Position numbers and translations under genes: made by a program. Positions 10,008 through 23,444 of a stretch of 61,710 nt of DNA are shown one piece after another. Each line of letters opens with the position of its first letter. Within the stretch, counting starts at the first letter, position 1. The stretch comes from Malacoraja senta (lineage: Eukaryota): NCBI GenBank assembly GCA_038087875.1, contig JAXLNO010000041.1, positions 2,291 to 64,000 of the forward strand. The letters are read 5' to 3'. The notes beneath the pieces are model-generated. The model was not told the DNA's origin. It made no database searches and was given only the letters and a program-made list of their open reading frames with translations.

Positions 10008-10463
10008 ATGACATTATTTGTATCCGTGGCAGTTGATTGTCGCTCAAATACCAGGCTTTTAAACACGGCAGAACACTAACCTATGAACTATGAACTGTCT
10101 TTCGGTGCACTTAGCAATTCAAGCTTTTTAATGCACATGGATTACGTTATTAATTTATTGTATTTTGTTTATTATTTATCATACTTCAGGCCTTGTCTCT
10201 CCTGTGACTTCATGAAACAGAAAACAAAGGAGGTTTGAGATGATTGGCAACTGAGAAGCAGTGAGTTGATTGGCGGAATTCAGCGAGTGAGGTAAGTCGG
10301 GGGGGTTGGAGAACACATTCGCTCTGTGCCGAGGGGATGTGCCGTCGTCAAAAATAAACCAATGAATTGAGAACCTAGACCACAGCTCTTTCACAATATC
10401 CGATTAAACATATTTCCCGATGAGAACATTTCAGTTCATATTCACTCTCAAAGCAATCACAAC

Positions 10464-11187
10464 ATGTTGGCCGTGATTATTTATTCTCTTCTTGCAGCTG
10501 CAGCTCTCTTAACCGGTAGGTGCACGGCGTTTCCGACCCTGGATATTATATTACTACGGGGCATGATATTTAATCAATCAACTAGTTTGAATGCAATAGA
10601 ATGACTTAAGAAAGGGAGTCACACCCATGTTCTACGGACGAGTGCTGAAAGATTCTCTTTTCTCCCTCCCAAGACAGAATGATGACGAGCAGAGGGCAAT
10701 GGAAAGACAATTTAATTCAGTAATTCCCAGTGCTTTCCCGCCACCTTGATGTGGGTTTTAGGGGAGAGTATTCTTTGCTGCCGTTGTGCCTCAGATCAGT
10801 ATCAAGATATGCGGCATTTTCCAGTATCAACATATTGGGATAATGCAATGTAATTTAATTTCTTTCCCTGGCCCTTGCAGGACATTGTCGAGGCGATGCC
10901 GTTTCTCAGACACCAGTAGTGGAAACAGTAAATGAAGGGGATGATGCCCAGTTGAATTGCAACTATACAGCTACAAGCACGAGCGTCCCTGGACTAATCT
11001 GGTACCGTCAGTATCCCGGCGGATCCCTTGAGTTTCTGCTGCTCAGAACGACATTCAAAGGCGGCCAGAAGAACAATGCCGGGGAACGTTTTTCTGCGGA
11101 GCTCAACCATTTGACAGGAACGGTCCCGCTGACCGTGTCACAAACGCGGCTCCGAGACTCGGCCATGTATTACTGCGCTCTGAACCC
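10464..11187 (+). CDS. TCR V type A, intact frame but RSS heptamer TACGGTG
   Basis: Leader 10464-10515, exon 10881-11187, RSS 11188-11226 starting with TAC; 19-bp intron deletion near 10705. Confidence 0.82.
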
Positions 11188-11799
11188 TACGGTGGCGCAG
11201 AATTGGGCTGAGCCTGTACAAAAATTATCTGAGAACCCCGTCAGGAATCAGCGCGTAAGCGCAGCTTTGTCAGCATCGGCGCGTCCTCGTTGATTGCTGC
11301 ACCCGTCCCAACGCCAGTGTGGTTGCTGCCATTAATACTCGATTTTTAAACATTAAAAACCCATGACAATTGAGTTGAAGAATAGCTTCTAACAAACAGA
11401 CATTAGGTTCGTGAACACTCCACAGCACTAACAGATGAACTATGAACTGTCTGTGGTTGCATTAAGCAGTTCATAACTTATCCACATGGACTAGGTTGTT
11501 AATTTATTGAATTGTGTTTATTATTTGTCATACTGCATACTATGACGCCATGGGACAGAAAACAAAGGAGGTTTGAGATGATTGGGCATCAAAAGCAATG
11601 ATGCGATTGGCGGAATTAAGAAACAATGTTAATTCGGGGAGTTGGAGAACAAATTAGCTCTTCGCTGATGGGACGTGACGCTGTCAAGAATAAGCCAATG
11701 AATAGAGAGCCGAGACCACAGCTCTTTCACAATATCAGATTAAACCTGTTTCCGTGTGAGACCATTTTGGTTCATATTCACTCTCAATGCAATTACAAC

Positions 11800-12670
11800 A
11801 TGCTGACCGTGACAATTTATTGTCTTCTTGCAGCTGCAGCTCTCTTAACGGGTAAGTTCAGGACGTTTCGAAGCCTGTACATTATATTACTGTAGGGCAT
11901 GGTATTTAATCAATGAAATACTCTGCATGCAATAGAATGACTTTAGAATGGGAATCAGCGAGAGGACTAAACGAAGAGCACAATAAGAATATAGATGCTG
12001 TTCCCCACAAAGTGATGTTAGGAAATTTGAGGTGAATTCCCAGAAATATTGTTGGAAACCAGCGCCTATGGTGAAGCATCGGAGAGTTAGAAAACTCCCT
12101 TGTGCTAAGTACTAGCGCTCAGCGATTCCTCTTCCCCTCTCGAGATCCAATGATGACGAGCAGATGGCGATGGAAAGGGGCGGATGATTTTTTAAAGATA
12201 ATTTCATTCGGTTATTCACAGCGCCTTTCCCCCCCATCTTTATTTAGCTTTTAGGGGAGGGAGATCTTTGTTGCCGTTCTACCTCAGATCAGTATAATTA
12301 ATATGAATATGAGCAGAATGAGGTGATGTTGTGTTTTCTAACCTCGTACCCGGGCTCTTGCAGGATATTGTAGAGGCGACGCCGTTTCTCAGACACCAGT
12401 AGTGGTAACAGTGAGTGAAGGGGAAGATGCACAGTTGAACTGCAACTATACAACTGCAAGCACGAGCATTCTTGGACTAATCTGGTACCGTCAGTATCCC
12501 GGCGGATCCCTTGAGTTTCTGCTGCTCAGAACGAAAATCGAAGCCGTCCAGAAGAACAATGCTGGAGAACGTTTTTCTGCGGAGCTCAACCATTCGACAG
12601 GAACGGTCCCGCTGACGGTATCACAAACGCGGCTCCGAGACGCGGCAATGTATTACTGCGCCCTGAACCC
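11800..12670 (+). CDS. TCR V type B, intact
   Basis: Leader 11800-11851, exon 12364-12670, RSS 12671-12709. Confidence 0.9.
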
Positions 12671-13362
12671 CACGGTGGCGCAGAATTGGGCTGAGCCTGC
12701 ACAAAAACTACCAGTGCACCCACTCATGTATCACCGCGTAAACACAACTTTCTCAGCATCGGCGCGTCCTCGTTGATTGCTGCACCCGTCCCATCGCCAG
12801 TGTGTTTGCTGTCATTAATACTCGATTTTTAAATATTAAAAAACCCATGACAATTAGGTTGAAGAATAGCATCTAACAAACAAATATTAGGTTCTTGAAC
12901 ACTACAAAGCACTAACAGAAGAACTATGAAATGTCTTCGGTTGCATTAAGCATTTCATGCATCTTATGCACATGGACTTGGTTGTTAATTTATTGAATTT
13001 TGTTTATTGTTTATTATACTTCAGGCCTTGCCCCTCCTGTGACGCCATGGAACAGAATAAGCCAATCAATGAAGAGCCTAGACCACAGCTCTTTCACAAT
13101 ATCAGATTAAACCTGTTTCCGGGTGAGCGCATTTCAGTTCATATTCACTCTCAGTACGATGGTACGATGGAACGGGTTGGATTATCTTTAAAGATAAATT
13201 TATTCGGTAATTCCCAGCGCCTTTCCGCCCATCTTTATTTAGCTTTTAGGGGAGGGGTATGTTTGATGTCATTGTACCTCATATCAGTATGAGGATGAGG
13301 GGTATTCTGAAGTATGAGCTGAGTTAGGTGATGTTGTGTTATTTATCCCCGGACTCTTGCAG

Positions 13363-13669
13363 GGAATTGTCGAGGCGACGCCGTTTCTCAGTCAACGGCA
13401 GCGGTTACAGTGAGTGAAGGGGATGATACAAAATTGAGCTGCAACTATACAGCTACAAGCACGGTCACTCCTGGACTGATCTGGTACCGTCGGTATCCCG
13501 GCGGATCCCTTGAGTTTCTTCTGCTGAGAACGACATTCAAAGGCGGCCAGAAGAACAATGCTGGAGAACGTTTTTCTGCGGAGCTCAACCATTCGACAGG
13601 AACGGTCCCGCTGACGGTATCACAAACGCGGCTCCGAGACGCGGCAATGTATTACTGCGCCCTGAGCCC
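13363..13669 (+). pseudogene. TCR V type C', open V exon and RSS but leader exon deleted
   Basis: Acceptor intact, exon 13363-13669 open, RSS 13670-13708 intact. Upstream sequence is 483 bp shorter than its paralogue and has no leader. Confidence 0.82.
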
Positions 13670-14293
13670 CACGGTGGCGCAGAATTGGGCTGAGCCTGCA
13701 CAAAAACTACCAGTGCACCCACTCATGTATCACCGCGTAAACACAACTTTCTCAGCATCGGCGCGTCCTCGTTGATTGCTGCACCCGTCCCATCGCCAGT
13801 GTGTTTGCTGTCATTAATACTCGATTTTTAAATATTAAAAAACCCATGACAATTGGGTTGAAGAATAGCTTCTAACAAACAAATATTAGGTTCTTGAACA
13901 CTACACAGCACTAACAGAAGAACTATGAAATGTCTGCGGTTGCATTAAGCATTTCATGCATCTTATGCACATGGACCTGGTTGTTAATTTATTGAATTTT
14001 GTTTATTGTATATTATACTTCAGGCCTTGCCTGTCCTGTGACGCCATGGAACAGAAAAAAGGAGGTTTGAGATGATTGGCCAACAAAAGCAATGGTGTGA
14101 TTGGCGGAATTAAGAAACTGAGTTAATTCGGGGAGTTGGAGAACAAATTTGCTCCGCGCCGACAGGATGTGACGCTGTCACGAATAAGCCAATGAACGAA
14201 GAGCCTAGACCACAGCTCTTTCACAATATCAGATTAAACCTGTTTCCGGGTGAGCGCATTTCAGTTCATATTCACTCTCAATGCAATTACAAC

Positions 14294-15150
14294 ATGCTAG
14301 CCTTGACAATGTATTGGCTTCTTACAGCTGCAGCTCTCTTAACCGGTAAGTTCACGAGGTTTCCAATAATGTAGGGCATGATATTTAAGCAACCAAATAC
14401 CTTGAATGCAACAGAACGACTTTAGAAAAGGAGTCCGTCTGAGGACAGTAAACGATGAGCGCAGTAGGAAAAAAGATGCAGTTTCACAGTAATTGATGTT
14501 CGGAAATTTGAGGTGAGTTTCCAGGTTAATTGTTGGAAAGCAGCCCCGACGGAGAAGCATCGAAGCGTTAGAACACACCGGTGGGCCCCGTACGAGTGCT
14601 CTACGATTCCCCTTTTCCTCCCCGGAAGCAATAACAACGTCCAGTACGATGAAACGGATTGGTTTATCTTTAAAGATAAATTACTCGGTAATTCCCAGCG
14701 CCTTTCCGCCCATCGTTATTTAGCTTTTAGAGGAGGGGTATGTTTGATGTCATTGTACCTCATATCAGTATGAGGATGAGGGGTATTCTGAAGTATGAGC
14801 TGAGCTAGGTTATATTGTGTTATTAATCCCCGGACTCTTGCAGGGAATTGTCGAGGCGACGCCGTTTCTCAGACACCGGCAGCGGTTACAGTGAGTGAAA
14901 GGGATGATACAAAATTGAGCTGCAAGTATACAGCTACAAGCACGGTATCCCCTGGACTAATCTGGTACCGTCAGTATGCCGGCGGATGCCTTGAGTTTCT
15001 GCTGCTCAGAACGAAAATCGAAGCCGCCCAGAAGAACAGTGCCGGTGAACGTTTTTCTGCGGAGCTCAACCATTCGACAGGAACGGTCCCGCTGACCGTG
15101 TCACAAACGCGGCTCCGAGACTCGGCGATGTATTACTGCGCACTGAACCC
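14294..15150 (+). CDS. TCR V type C, intact
   Basis: Leader 14294-14345, exon 14844-15150 (SERDD variant), RSS 15151-15189. Confidence 0.9.
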
Positions 15151-15775
15151 CACGGTGGCGCAGTGGTGGGCTGAGCCTGCACAAAAACTGCCAGTGCACC
15201 CACTCATGTATCACCGCGTAAGCGCAGCTTTGTCAGCATCGGCGCGTCCTCGTTGATTGCTGCACCCGTCCCATCGCCAGTGTGTTTACTGTCATTAATA
15301 CTCGATTTTTAAATATTAAAAACCCATGACAATTGGGTTGAAGAATAGCTTCTAACAAACAAATATTAGGTTCTTGAACTCTACACAGCACTGAAAAATG
15401 AACTATGAAATGTCTTCGCTTGCATTAAGCACTTCATTCATCTTATGCACATGGACTAGGTTGTTAATTTATTGAATTTTGTTTATTGTATATAATACTT
15501 CAGGCCTTGCCCCCCCTGTGACGCCGTGGAACAGAAAACAAAGGAGGTTTGAGATGATTGGGCAACAAAAGCAATGACGTGATTGGCGGAATTATGAAAC
15601 TGAGTTAATTAGGGGAGTTGGAGAACAAATTAGCTCCGCGCCGACGGGATGTGACGCTGTCAAGAATAAGCCAACGAATGAAGAACCTAGACCACAGCCC
15701 TTTCACAATATCAGATTAAACCTGTTTCCGGGTGAGCGCATTTCAGTTCATATTCACTCTCAATGCAATTACAAC

Positions 15776-16607
15776 ATGCTGGCCGTGACAATTTATTGGC
15801 TTCTTACAGCTGCAGCTCTTTTAACGGGTAAGTACAAGACGTTTCCAAGCCTGAATATTATATTACTGTAGGGCATGGTATTTAATCAATAAAATGCCTT
15901 GCATGCAATGGAATGACTTTAGAAAGTGAGTCAGTGAGGGAACAATAAACGAAGAGTACAATAAGAATATAGATGCAGTTGCGACCAAAGTGCTGTAAGG
16001 ATTTTGAGATGAGTTTCCAGGTATATTAGACCACGCCCGTGTTCTAAGGTCGTGCGCTCAGCAATTCCTCTCCTCCTCCCGAGATGCAATGATGACGAGC
16101 AGGTGGCGATGGAAAGGGGTGGATGATATTTAAATATAGTTTCATTCGGTAATTCACAGCGCGTTTTCTCCCACCTTCATTTAGGTTTGAGTGCAGGGAG
16201 ATCTTTGTTGCCGTTCTACCTCAGATCAGTACCAGCATAAGGTGAGCGTGAGCAGAATGCGGTGATATTCTTGTTTTTAACTTCGTTCCCGGACTCTTGC
16301 AGAGCATTGTCGAGGCGACGCCGTTTCTCAGACACCAGTAGTGGTAACAATGAGCGAAGGGGATGATGCCCAGTTGAACTGCAACTATACAGCTACGAGC
16401 ACGAACAATCTTGTATTAATGTGGTACCGGCAGTATCCCGGCGGATCCCTTCAATTTCTGGTTCAGAACGAAATTCGAAGCCGCCCAGAAGAACAGTGCT
16501 GGAGAACGTTTGGCTGCGGAGCTCAACCATTTGACAGGAACAGTCCCGCTGACTGTGTCGCAAACGCGGCTCCGAGACGCGGCGATGTATTACTGCGCCC
16601 TGAGTCC
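15776..16607 (+). pseudogene. TCR V type D, frameshifted
   Basis: Leader 15776-15827, exon 16303-16607, 11-bp-spacer RSS 16608-16634. Confidence 0.88.
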
Positions 16608-16681
16608 CACGGAGGCAGCGATTGTACATAAACTACCATTTCCGGATTTCAGTTCATATTCACTCTCCATGTAATTGAAAC

Positions 16682-17383
16682 ATGCTGTCATTGACTATTT
16701 ATTCGCTTCTTATAGCTGCAGCTCTCTTAACCGGTATGTTCACGACGTTTCCAAGCCTGTATATTATGTTACTTTAGGGCATGATATCTCATCAATCAAA
16801 TACATTGAATGCAATGGAATCACGTTAGAAAGCCATTCAATGGGAGGATAGTAAGTGAAGAGTACAAAGAGGAATATAGATGCAGTTCCTCAATAGGGAT
16901 GTGAGGGGATTTGAGGCGTTTCCAGGTTAATAGCTGGAAACTGGCCCCGGCTGGGTAGAGTCCTGCAGTTGGAACACACCGGTGTTCTACGTAGGAGCGC
17001 TCTACGATTCCCCTTTTCCTTCCGGGACGCAATGATGACGAGCGGAGTGCGATGGAAAGGGTTGGATGATCTTTAAAGATAATTTCATTCGGTAATTGCC
17101 AGCGCCTACCCCCCACCTTTATGTAGCTTTTAGGGGAGGGGTATCATTAATGCCATTGCACCTCGAATCAGTACCAGGATAGGGGGTATTTTCGAATATG
17201 AACACAGTAAGGTGATGTTCCGTTGTTTAACTTCGTCCCCGGATTCTTGCAGGGCATTGTCGAGGCGACGCCGTTTCTCAGACCCCAGCAATGATAACAG
17301 TGAGTGAAGGCGATGACGCACCGTTGAAGTGCAACTACACAGCTACAATCACGAGCAATCTTGGACTAATCTGGTACCGTCAT
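16682..17383 (+). pseudogene. TCR V type E, truncated
   Basis: Leader 16682-16733, exon 17253-17383. Confidence 0.88.
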
Positions 17384-17799
17384 GGCCCTGTCCCACGGTG
17401 CGAGTCCACCCACGTGTGATCCCGAGTTTAAAACAAATCAAACTCGTGGTAATCACGTAGCGGGAACGTCGGAACTCGTAACTCTAACGGCAGGTACTCG
17501 GGAAACTTGTTAACTCGTGAAAATCTTTCAACATGCTGAAAGATTTCCACGAGTCAGAGTTACTCTTGAAGTAAAAAAATTAAACTTTTAAACTCGTTGT
17601 AAGAACGTAGTAGCCCGTGAGTTTACCGTAGTGACTCGTGAGTCTACCGTGGGCACTCTTTAACTCAGCTGGACAGGCAGCATCTCTGCAGAGATGGAAT
17701 GGGTGACGGGATGACGTTTCCAAAATTCTGCTGCGTCTTTGTGTTACTCCAGCACTGTGTGTTCACTTTTTGTCAACCAGCATCTGCCCTTTCTTGTGT
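17384..17799. mobile_element. Composite MITE-like plus repeat insertion (copy 3)
   Basis: Same junction and sequence as the other copies. Confidence 0.65.
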
Positions 17800-18255
17800 A
17801 TGACATTATTTGTATCCGTGGCAGTTGATTGTCGCTCAAATACCAGGCTTTTAAACACGGCAGAACACTAACCTATGAACTATGAACTGTCTTTCGGTGC
17901 ACTTAGCAATTCAAGCTTTTTAATGCACATGGATTACGTTATTAATTTATTGTATTTTGTTTATTATTTATCATACTTCAGGCCTTGTCTCTCCTGTGAC
18001 TTCATGAAACAGAAAACAAAGGAGGTTTGAGATGATTGGCAACTGAGAAGCAGTGAGTTGATTGGCGGAATTCAGCGAGTGAGGTAAGTCGGGGGGGTTG
18101 GAGAACACATTCGCTCTGTGCCGAGGGGATGTGCCGTCGTCAAAAATAAACCAATGAATTGAGAACCTAGACCACAGCTCTTTCACAATATCCGATTAAA
18201 CATATTTCCCGATGAGAACATTTCAGTTTATATTCACTCTCAAAGCAATCACAAC

Positions 18256-18998
18256 ATGTTGGCCGTGATTATTTATTCTCTTCTTGCAGCTGCAGCTCTC
18301 TTAACCGGTAGGTGCACGGCGTTTCCGACCCTGGATATTATATTACTACGGGGCATGATATTTAATCAATCAACTAGTTTGAATGCAATAGAATGACTTA
18401 AGAAAGGGAGTCACACCCATGTTCTACGGACGAGTGCTGAAAGATTCTCTTTTCTCCCTCCCAAGACAGAATGATGACGAGCAGAGGGCAATGGAAAGGG
18501 TTACATGATCTTTAAAGACAATTTAATTCAGTAATTCCCAGTGCTTTCCCGCCACCTTGATGTGGGTTTTAGGGGAGAGTATTCTTTGCTGCCGTTGTGC
18601 CTCAGATCAGTATCAAGATATGCGGCATTTTCCAGTATCAACATATTGGGATAATGCAATGTAATTTAATTTCTTTCCCTGGCCCTTGCAGGACATTGTC
18701 GAGGCGATGCCGTTTCTCAGACACCAGTAGTGGAAACAGTAAATGAAGGGGATGATGCCCAGTTGAATTGCAACTATACAGCTACAAGCACGAGCGTCCC
18801 TGGACTAATCTGGTACCGTCAGTATCCCGGCGGATCCCTTGAGTTTCTGCTGCTCAGAACGACATTCAAAGGCGGCCAGAAGAACAATGCCGGGGAACGT
18901 TTTTCTGCGGAGCTCAACCATTTGACAGGAACGGTCCCGCTGACCGTGTCACAAACGCGGCTCCGAGACTCGGCCATGTATTACTGCGCTCTGAACCC
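18256..18998 (+). CDS. TCR V type A, intact frame but heptamer TACGGTG
   Basis: Leader 18256-18307, exon 18692-18998, RSS 18999-19037 starting with TAC. Confidence 0.82.
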
Positions 18999-19610
18999 TA
19001 CGGTGGCGCAGAATTGGGCTGAGCCTGTACAAAAATTATCTGAGAACCCCGTCAGGAATCAGCGCGTAAGCGCAGCTTTGTCAGCATCGGCGCGTCCTCG
19101 TTGATTGCTGCACCCGTCCCAACGCCAGTGTGGTTGCTGCCATTAATACTCGATTTTTAAACATTAAAAACCCATGACAATTGAGTTGAAGAATAGCTTC
19201 TAACAAACAGACATTAGGTTCGTGAACACTCCACAGCACTAACAGATGAACTATGAACTGTCTGTGGTTGCATTAAGCAGTTCATAACTTATCCACATGG
19301 ACTAGGTTGTTAATTTATTGAATTGTGTTTATTATTTGTCATACTGCATACTATGACGCCATGGGACAGAAAACAAAGGAGGTTTGAGATGATTGGGCAT
19401 CAAAAGCAATGATGCGATTGGCGGAATTAAGAAACAATGTTAATTCGGGGAGTTGGAGAACAAATTAGCTCTTCGCTGATGGGACGTGACGCTGTCAAGA
19501 ATAAGCCAATGAATAGAGAGCCGAGACCACAGCTCTTTCACAATATCAGATTAAACCTGTTTCCGTGTGAGACCATTTTGGTTCATATTCACTCTCAATG
19601 CAATTACAAC

Positions 19611-20481
19611 ATGCTGACCGTGACAATTTATTGTCTTCTTGCAGCTGCAGCTCTCTTAACGGGTAAGTTCAGGACGTTTCGAAGCCTGTACATTATATTA
19701 CTGTAGGGCATGGTATTTAATCAATGAAATACTCTGCATGCAATAGAATGACTTTAGAATGGGAATCAGCGAGAGGACTAAACGAAGAGCACAATAAGAA
19801 TATAGATGCTGTTCCCCACAAAGTGATGTTAGGAAATTTGAGGTGAATTCCCAGAAATATTGTTGGAAACCAGCGCCTATGGTGAAGCATCGGAGAGTTA
19901 GAAAACTCCCTTGTGCTAAGTACTAGCGCTCAGCGATTCCTCTTCCCCTCTCGAGATCCAATGATGACGAGCAGATGGCGATGGAAAGGGGCGGATGATT
20001 TTTTAAAGATAATTTCATTCGGTTATTCACAGCGCCTTTCCCCCCCATCTTTATTTAGCTTTTAGGGGAGGGAGATCTTTGTTGCCGTTCTACCTCAGAT
20101 CAGTATAATTAATATGAATATGAGCAGAATGAGGTGATGTTGTGTTTTCTAACCTCGTACCCGGGCTCTTGCAGGATATTGTAGAGGCGACGCCGTTTCT
20201 CAGACACCAGTAGTGGTAACAGTGAGTGAAGGGGAAGATGCACAGTTGAACTGCAACTATACAACTGCAAGCACGAGCATTCTTGGACTAATCTGGTACC
20301 GTCAGTATCCCGGCGGATCCCTTGAGTTTCTGCTGCTCAGAACGAAAATCGAAGCCGTCCAGAAGAACAATGCTGGAGAACGTTTTTCTGCGGAGCTCAA
20401 CCATTCGACAGGAACGGTCCCGCTGACGGTATCACAAACGCGGCTCCGAGACGCGGCAATGTATTACTGCGCCCTGAACCC
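19611..20481 (+). CDS. TCR V type B, intact
   Basis: Leader 19611-19662, exon 20175-20481, RSS 20482-20520. Confidence 0.9.
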
Positions 20482-21105
20482 CACGGTGGCGCAGAATTGG
20501 GCTGAGCCTGCACAAAAACTACCAGTGCACCCACTCATGTATCACCGCGTAAACACAACTTTCTCAGCATCGGCGCGTCCTCGTTGATTGCTGCACCCGT
20601 CCCATCGCCAGTGTGTTTGCTGTCATTAATACTCGATTTTTAAATATTAAAAAACCCATGACAATTAGGTTGAAGAATAGCTTCTAACAAACAAATATTA
20701 GGTTCTTGAACACTACAAAGCACTAACAGAAGAACTATGAAATGTCTTCGGTTGCATTAAGCATTTCATGCATCTTATGCACATGGACTTGGTTGTTAAT
20801 TTATTGAATTTTGTTTATTGTTTATTATACTTCAGGCCTTGCCCCTCCTGTGACGCCATGGAACAGAAAAAAGGAGGGTTGAGATGATTGGCCAACAAAA
20901 GCAATGGTGTGATTGGCGGAATTAAGAAACTGAGTTAATTCGGGGAGTTGGAGAACAAATTAGCTCCGCGCCAACAGGATGTGACGCTGTCACGAATAAG
21001 CCAATCAATGAAGAGCCTAGACCACAGCTCTTTCACAATATCAGATTAAACCTGTTTCCGGGTGAGCGCATTTCAGTTCATATTCACTCTCAATGCAATT
21101 ACAAC

Positions 21106-21963
21106 ATGCTGGCCTTGACAATGTATTGGCTTCTTACAGCTGCAGCTCTCTTAACCGGTAAGTTCACGACGTTTCCAATAATGTAGGGCATGATATTTAA
21201 GCAACCAAATACCTTGAATGCAACAGAACGACTTTAGAAAAGGAGTCCGTCTGAGGACAGTAAACGATGAGCGCAGTAGGATAAAAGATGCAGTTTCACA
21301 GTAATTGATGTTCGGAAATTTGAGGTGAGTTTCCACGTTAATTGTTGGAAAGCAGCCCCGACGGAGAAGCATCGAAGCGTTAGAACACACCGGTGGTCCC
21401 CGTACGAGTGCTCTACGATTCCCCTTTTCCTCCCCGGAAGCAATAACAACGTCCAGTACGATGGAACGGGTTGGATTATCTTTAAAGATAAATTTATTCG
21501 GTAATTCCCAGCGCCTTTCCGCCCATCTTTATTTAGCTTTTAGGGGAGGGGTATGTTTGATGTCATTGTACCTCATATCAGTATGAGGATGAGGGGTATT
21601 CTGAAGTATGAGCTGAGTTAGGTGATGTTGTGTTATTTATCCCCGGACTCTTGCAGGGAATTGTCGAGGCGACGCCGTTTCTCAGTCAACGGCAGCGGTT
21701 ACAGTGAGTGAAGGGGATGATACAAAATTGAGCTGCAACTATACAGCTACAAGCACGGTCACTCCTGGACTGATCTGGTACCGTCGGTATCCCGGCGGAT
21801 CCCTTGAGTTTCTTCTGCTGAGAACGACATTCAAAGGCGGCCAGAAGAACAATGCTGGAGAACGTTTTTCTGCGGAGCTCAACCATTCGACAGGAACGGT
21901 CCCGCTGACGGTATCACAAACGCGGCTCCGAGACGCGGCAATGTATTACTGCGCCCTGAGCCC
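21106..21963 (+). CDS. TCR V type C', intact
   Basis: Leader 21106-21157, exon 21657-21963, RSS 21964-22002. Confidence 0.9.
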
Positions 21964-22587
21964 CACGGTGGCGCAGAATTGGGCTGAGCCTGCACAAAAA
22001 CTACCAGTGCACCCACTCATGTATCACCGCGTAAACACAACTTTCTCAGCATCGGCGCGTCCTCGTTGATTGCTGCACCCGTCCCATCGCCAGTGTGTTT
22101 GCTGTCATTAATACTCGATTTTTAAATATTAAAAAACCCATGACAATTGGGTTGAAGAATAGCTTCTAACAAACAAATATTAGGTTCTTGAACACTACAC
22201 AGCACTAACAGAAGAACTATGAAATGTCTGCGGTTGCATTAAGCATTTCATGCATCTTATGCACATGGACCTGGTTGTTAATTTATTGAATTTTGTTTAT
22301 TGTATATTATACTTCAGGCCTTGCCTGTCCTGTGACGCCATGGAACAGAAAAAAGGAGGTTTGAGATGATTGGCCAACAAAAGCAATGGTGTGATTGGCG
22401 GAATTAAGAAACTGAGTTAATTCGGGGAGTTGGAGAACAAATTTGCTCCGCGCCGACAGGATGTGACGCTGTCACGAATAAGCCAATGAACGAAGAGCCT
22501 AGACCACAGCTCTTTCACAATATCAGATTAAACCTGTTTCCGGGTGAGCGCATTTCAGTTCATATTCACTCTCAATGCAATTACAAC

Positions 22588-23444
22588 ATGCTGGCCTTGA
22601 CAATGTATTGGCTTCTTACAGCTGCAGCTCTCTTAACCGGTAAGTTCACGAGGTTTCCAATAATGTAGGGCATGATATTTAAGCAACCAAATACCTTGAA
22701 TGCAACAGAACGACTTTAGAAAAGGAGTCCGTCTGAGGACAGTAAACGATGAGCGCAGTAGGAAAAAAGATGCAGTTTCACAGTAATTGATGTTCGGAAA
22801 TTTGAGGTGAGTTTCCAGGTTAATTGTTGGAAAGCAGCCCCGACGGAGAAGCATCGAAGCGTTAGAACACACCGGTGGTCCCCGTACGAATGCTCTACGA
22901 TTCCCCTTTTCCTCCCCGGAAGCAATAACGTCGTCCAGTACGATGAAACGGATTGGTTTATCTTTAAAGATAAATTACTCGGTAATTCCCAGCGCCTTTC
23001 CGCCCATCGTTATTTAGCTTTTAGGGGAGGGGTATGTTTGATGTCATTGTACCTCATATCAGTATGAGGATGAGGGGTATTCTGAAGTATGAGCTGAGCT
23101 AGGTTATATTGTGTTATTAATCCCCGGACTCTTGCAGGGAATTGTCGAGGCGACGCCGTTTCTCAGACACCGGCAGCGGTTACAGTGAGTGAAGGGGATG
23201 ATACAAAATTGAGCTGCAAATATACAGCTACAAGCACGGTATCCCCTGGACTAATCTGGTACCGTCAGTATGCCGGCGGATGCCTTGAGTTTCTGCTGCT
23301 CAGAACGAAAATCGAAGCCGCCCAGAAGAACAGTGCCGGTGAACGTTTTTCTGCGGAGCTCAACCATTCGACAGGAACGGTCCCGCTGACCGTGTCACAA
23401 ACGCGGCTCCGAGACTCGGCGATGTATTACTGCGCACTGAACCC
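22588..23444 (+). CDS. TCR V type C, intact
   Basis: Leader 22588-22639, exon 23138-23444, RSS 23445-23483. Confidence 0.9.
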
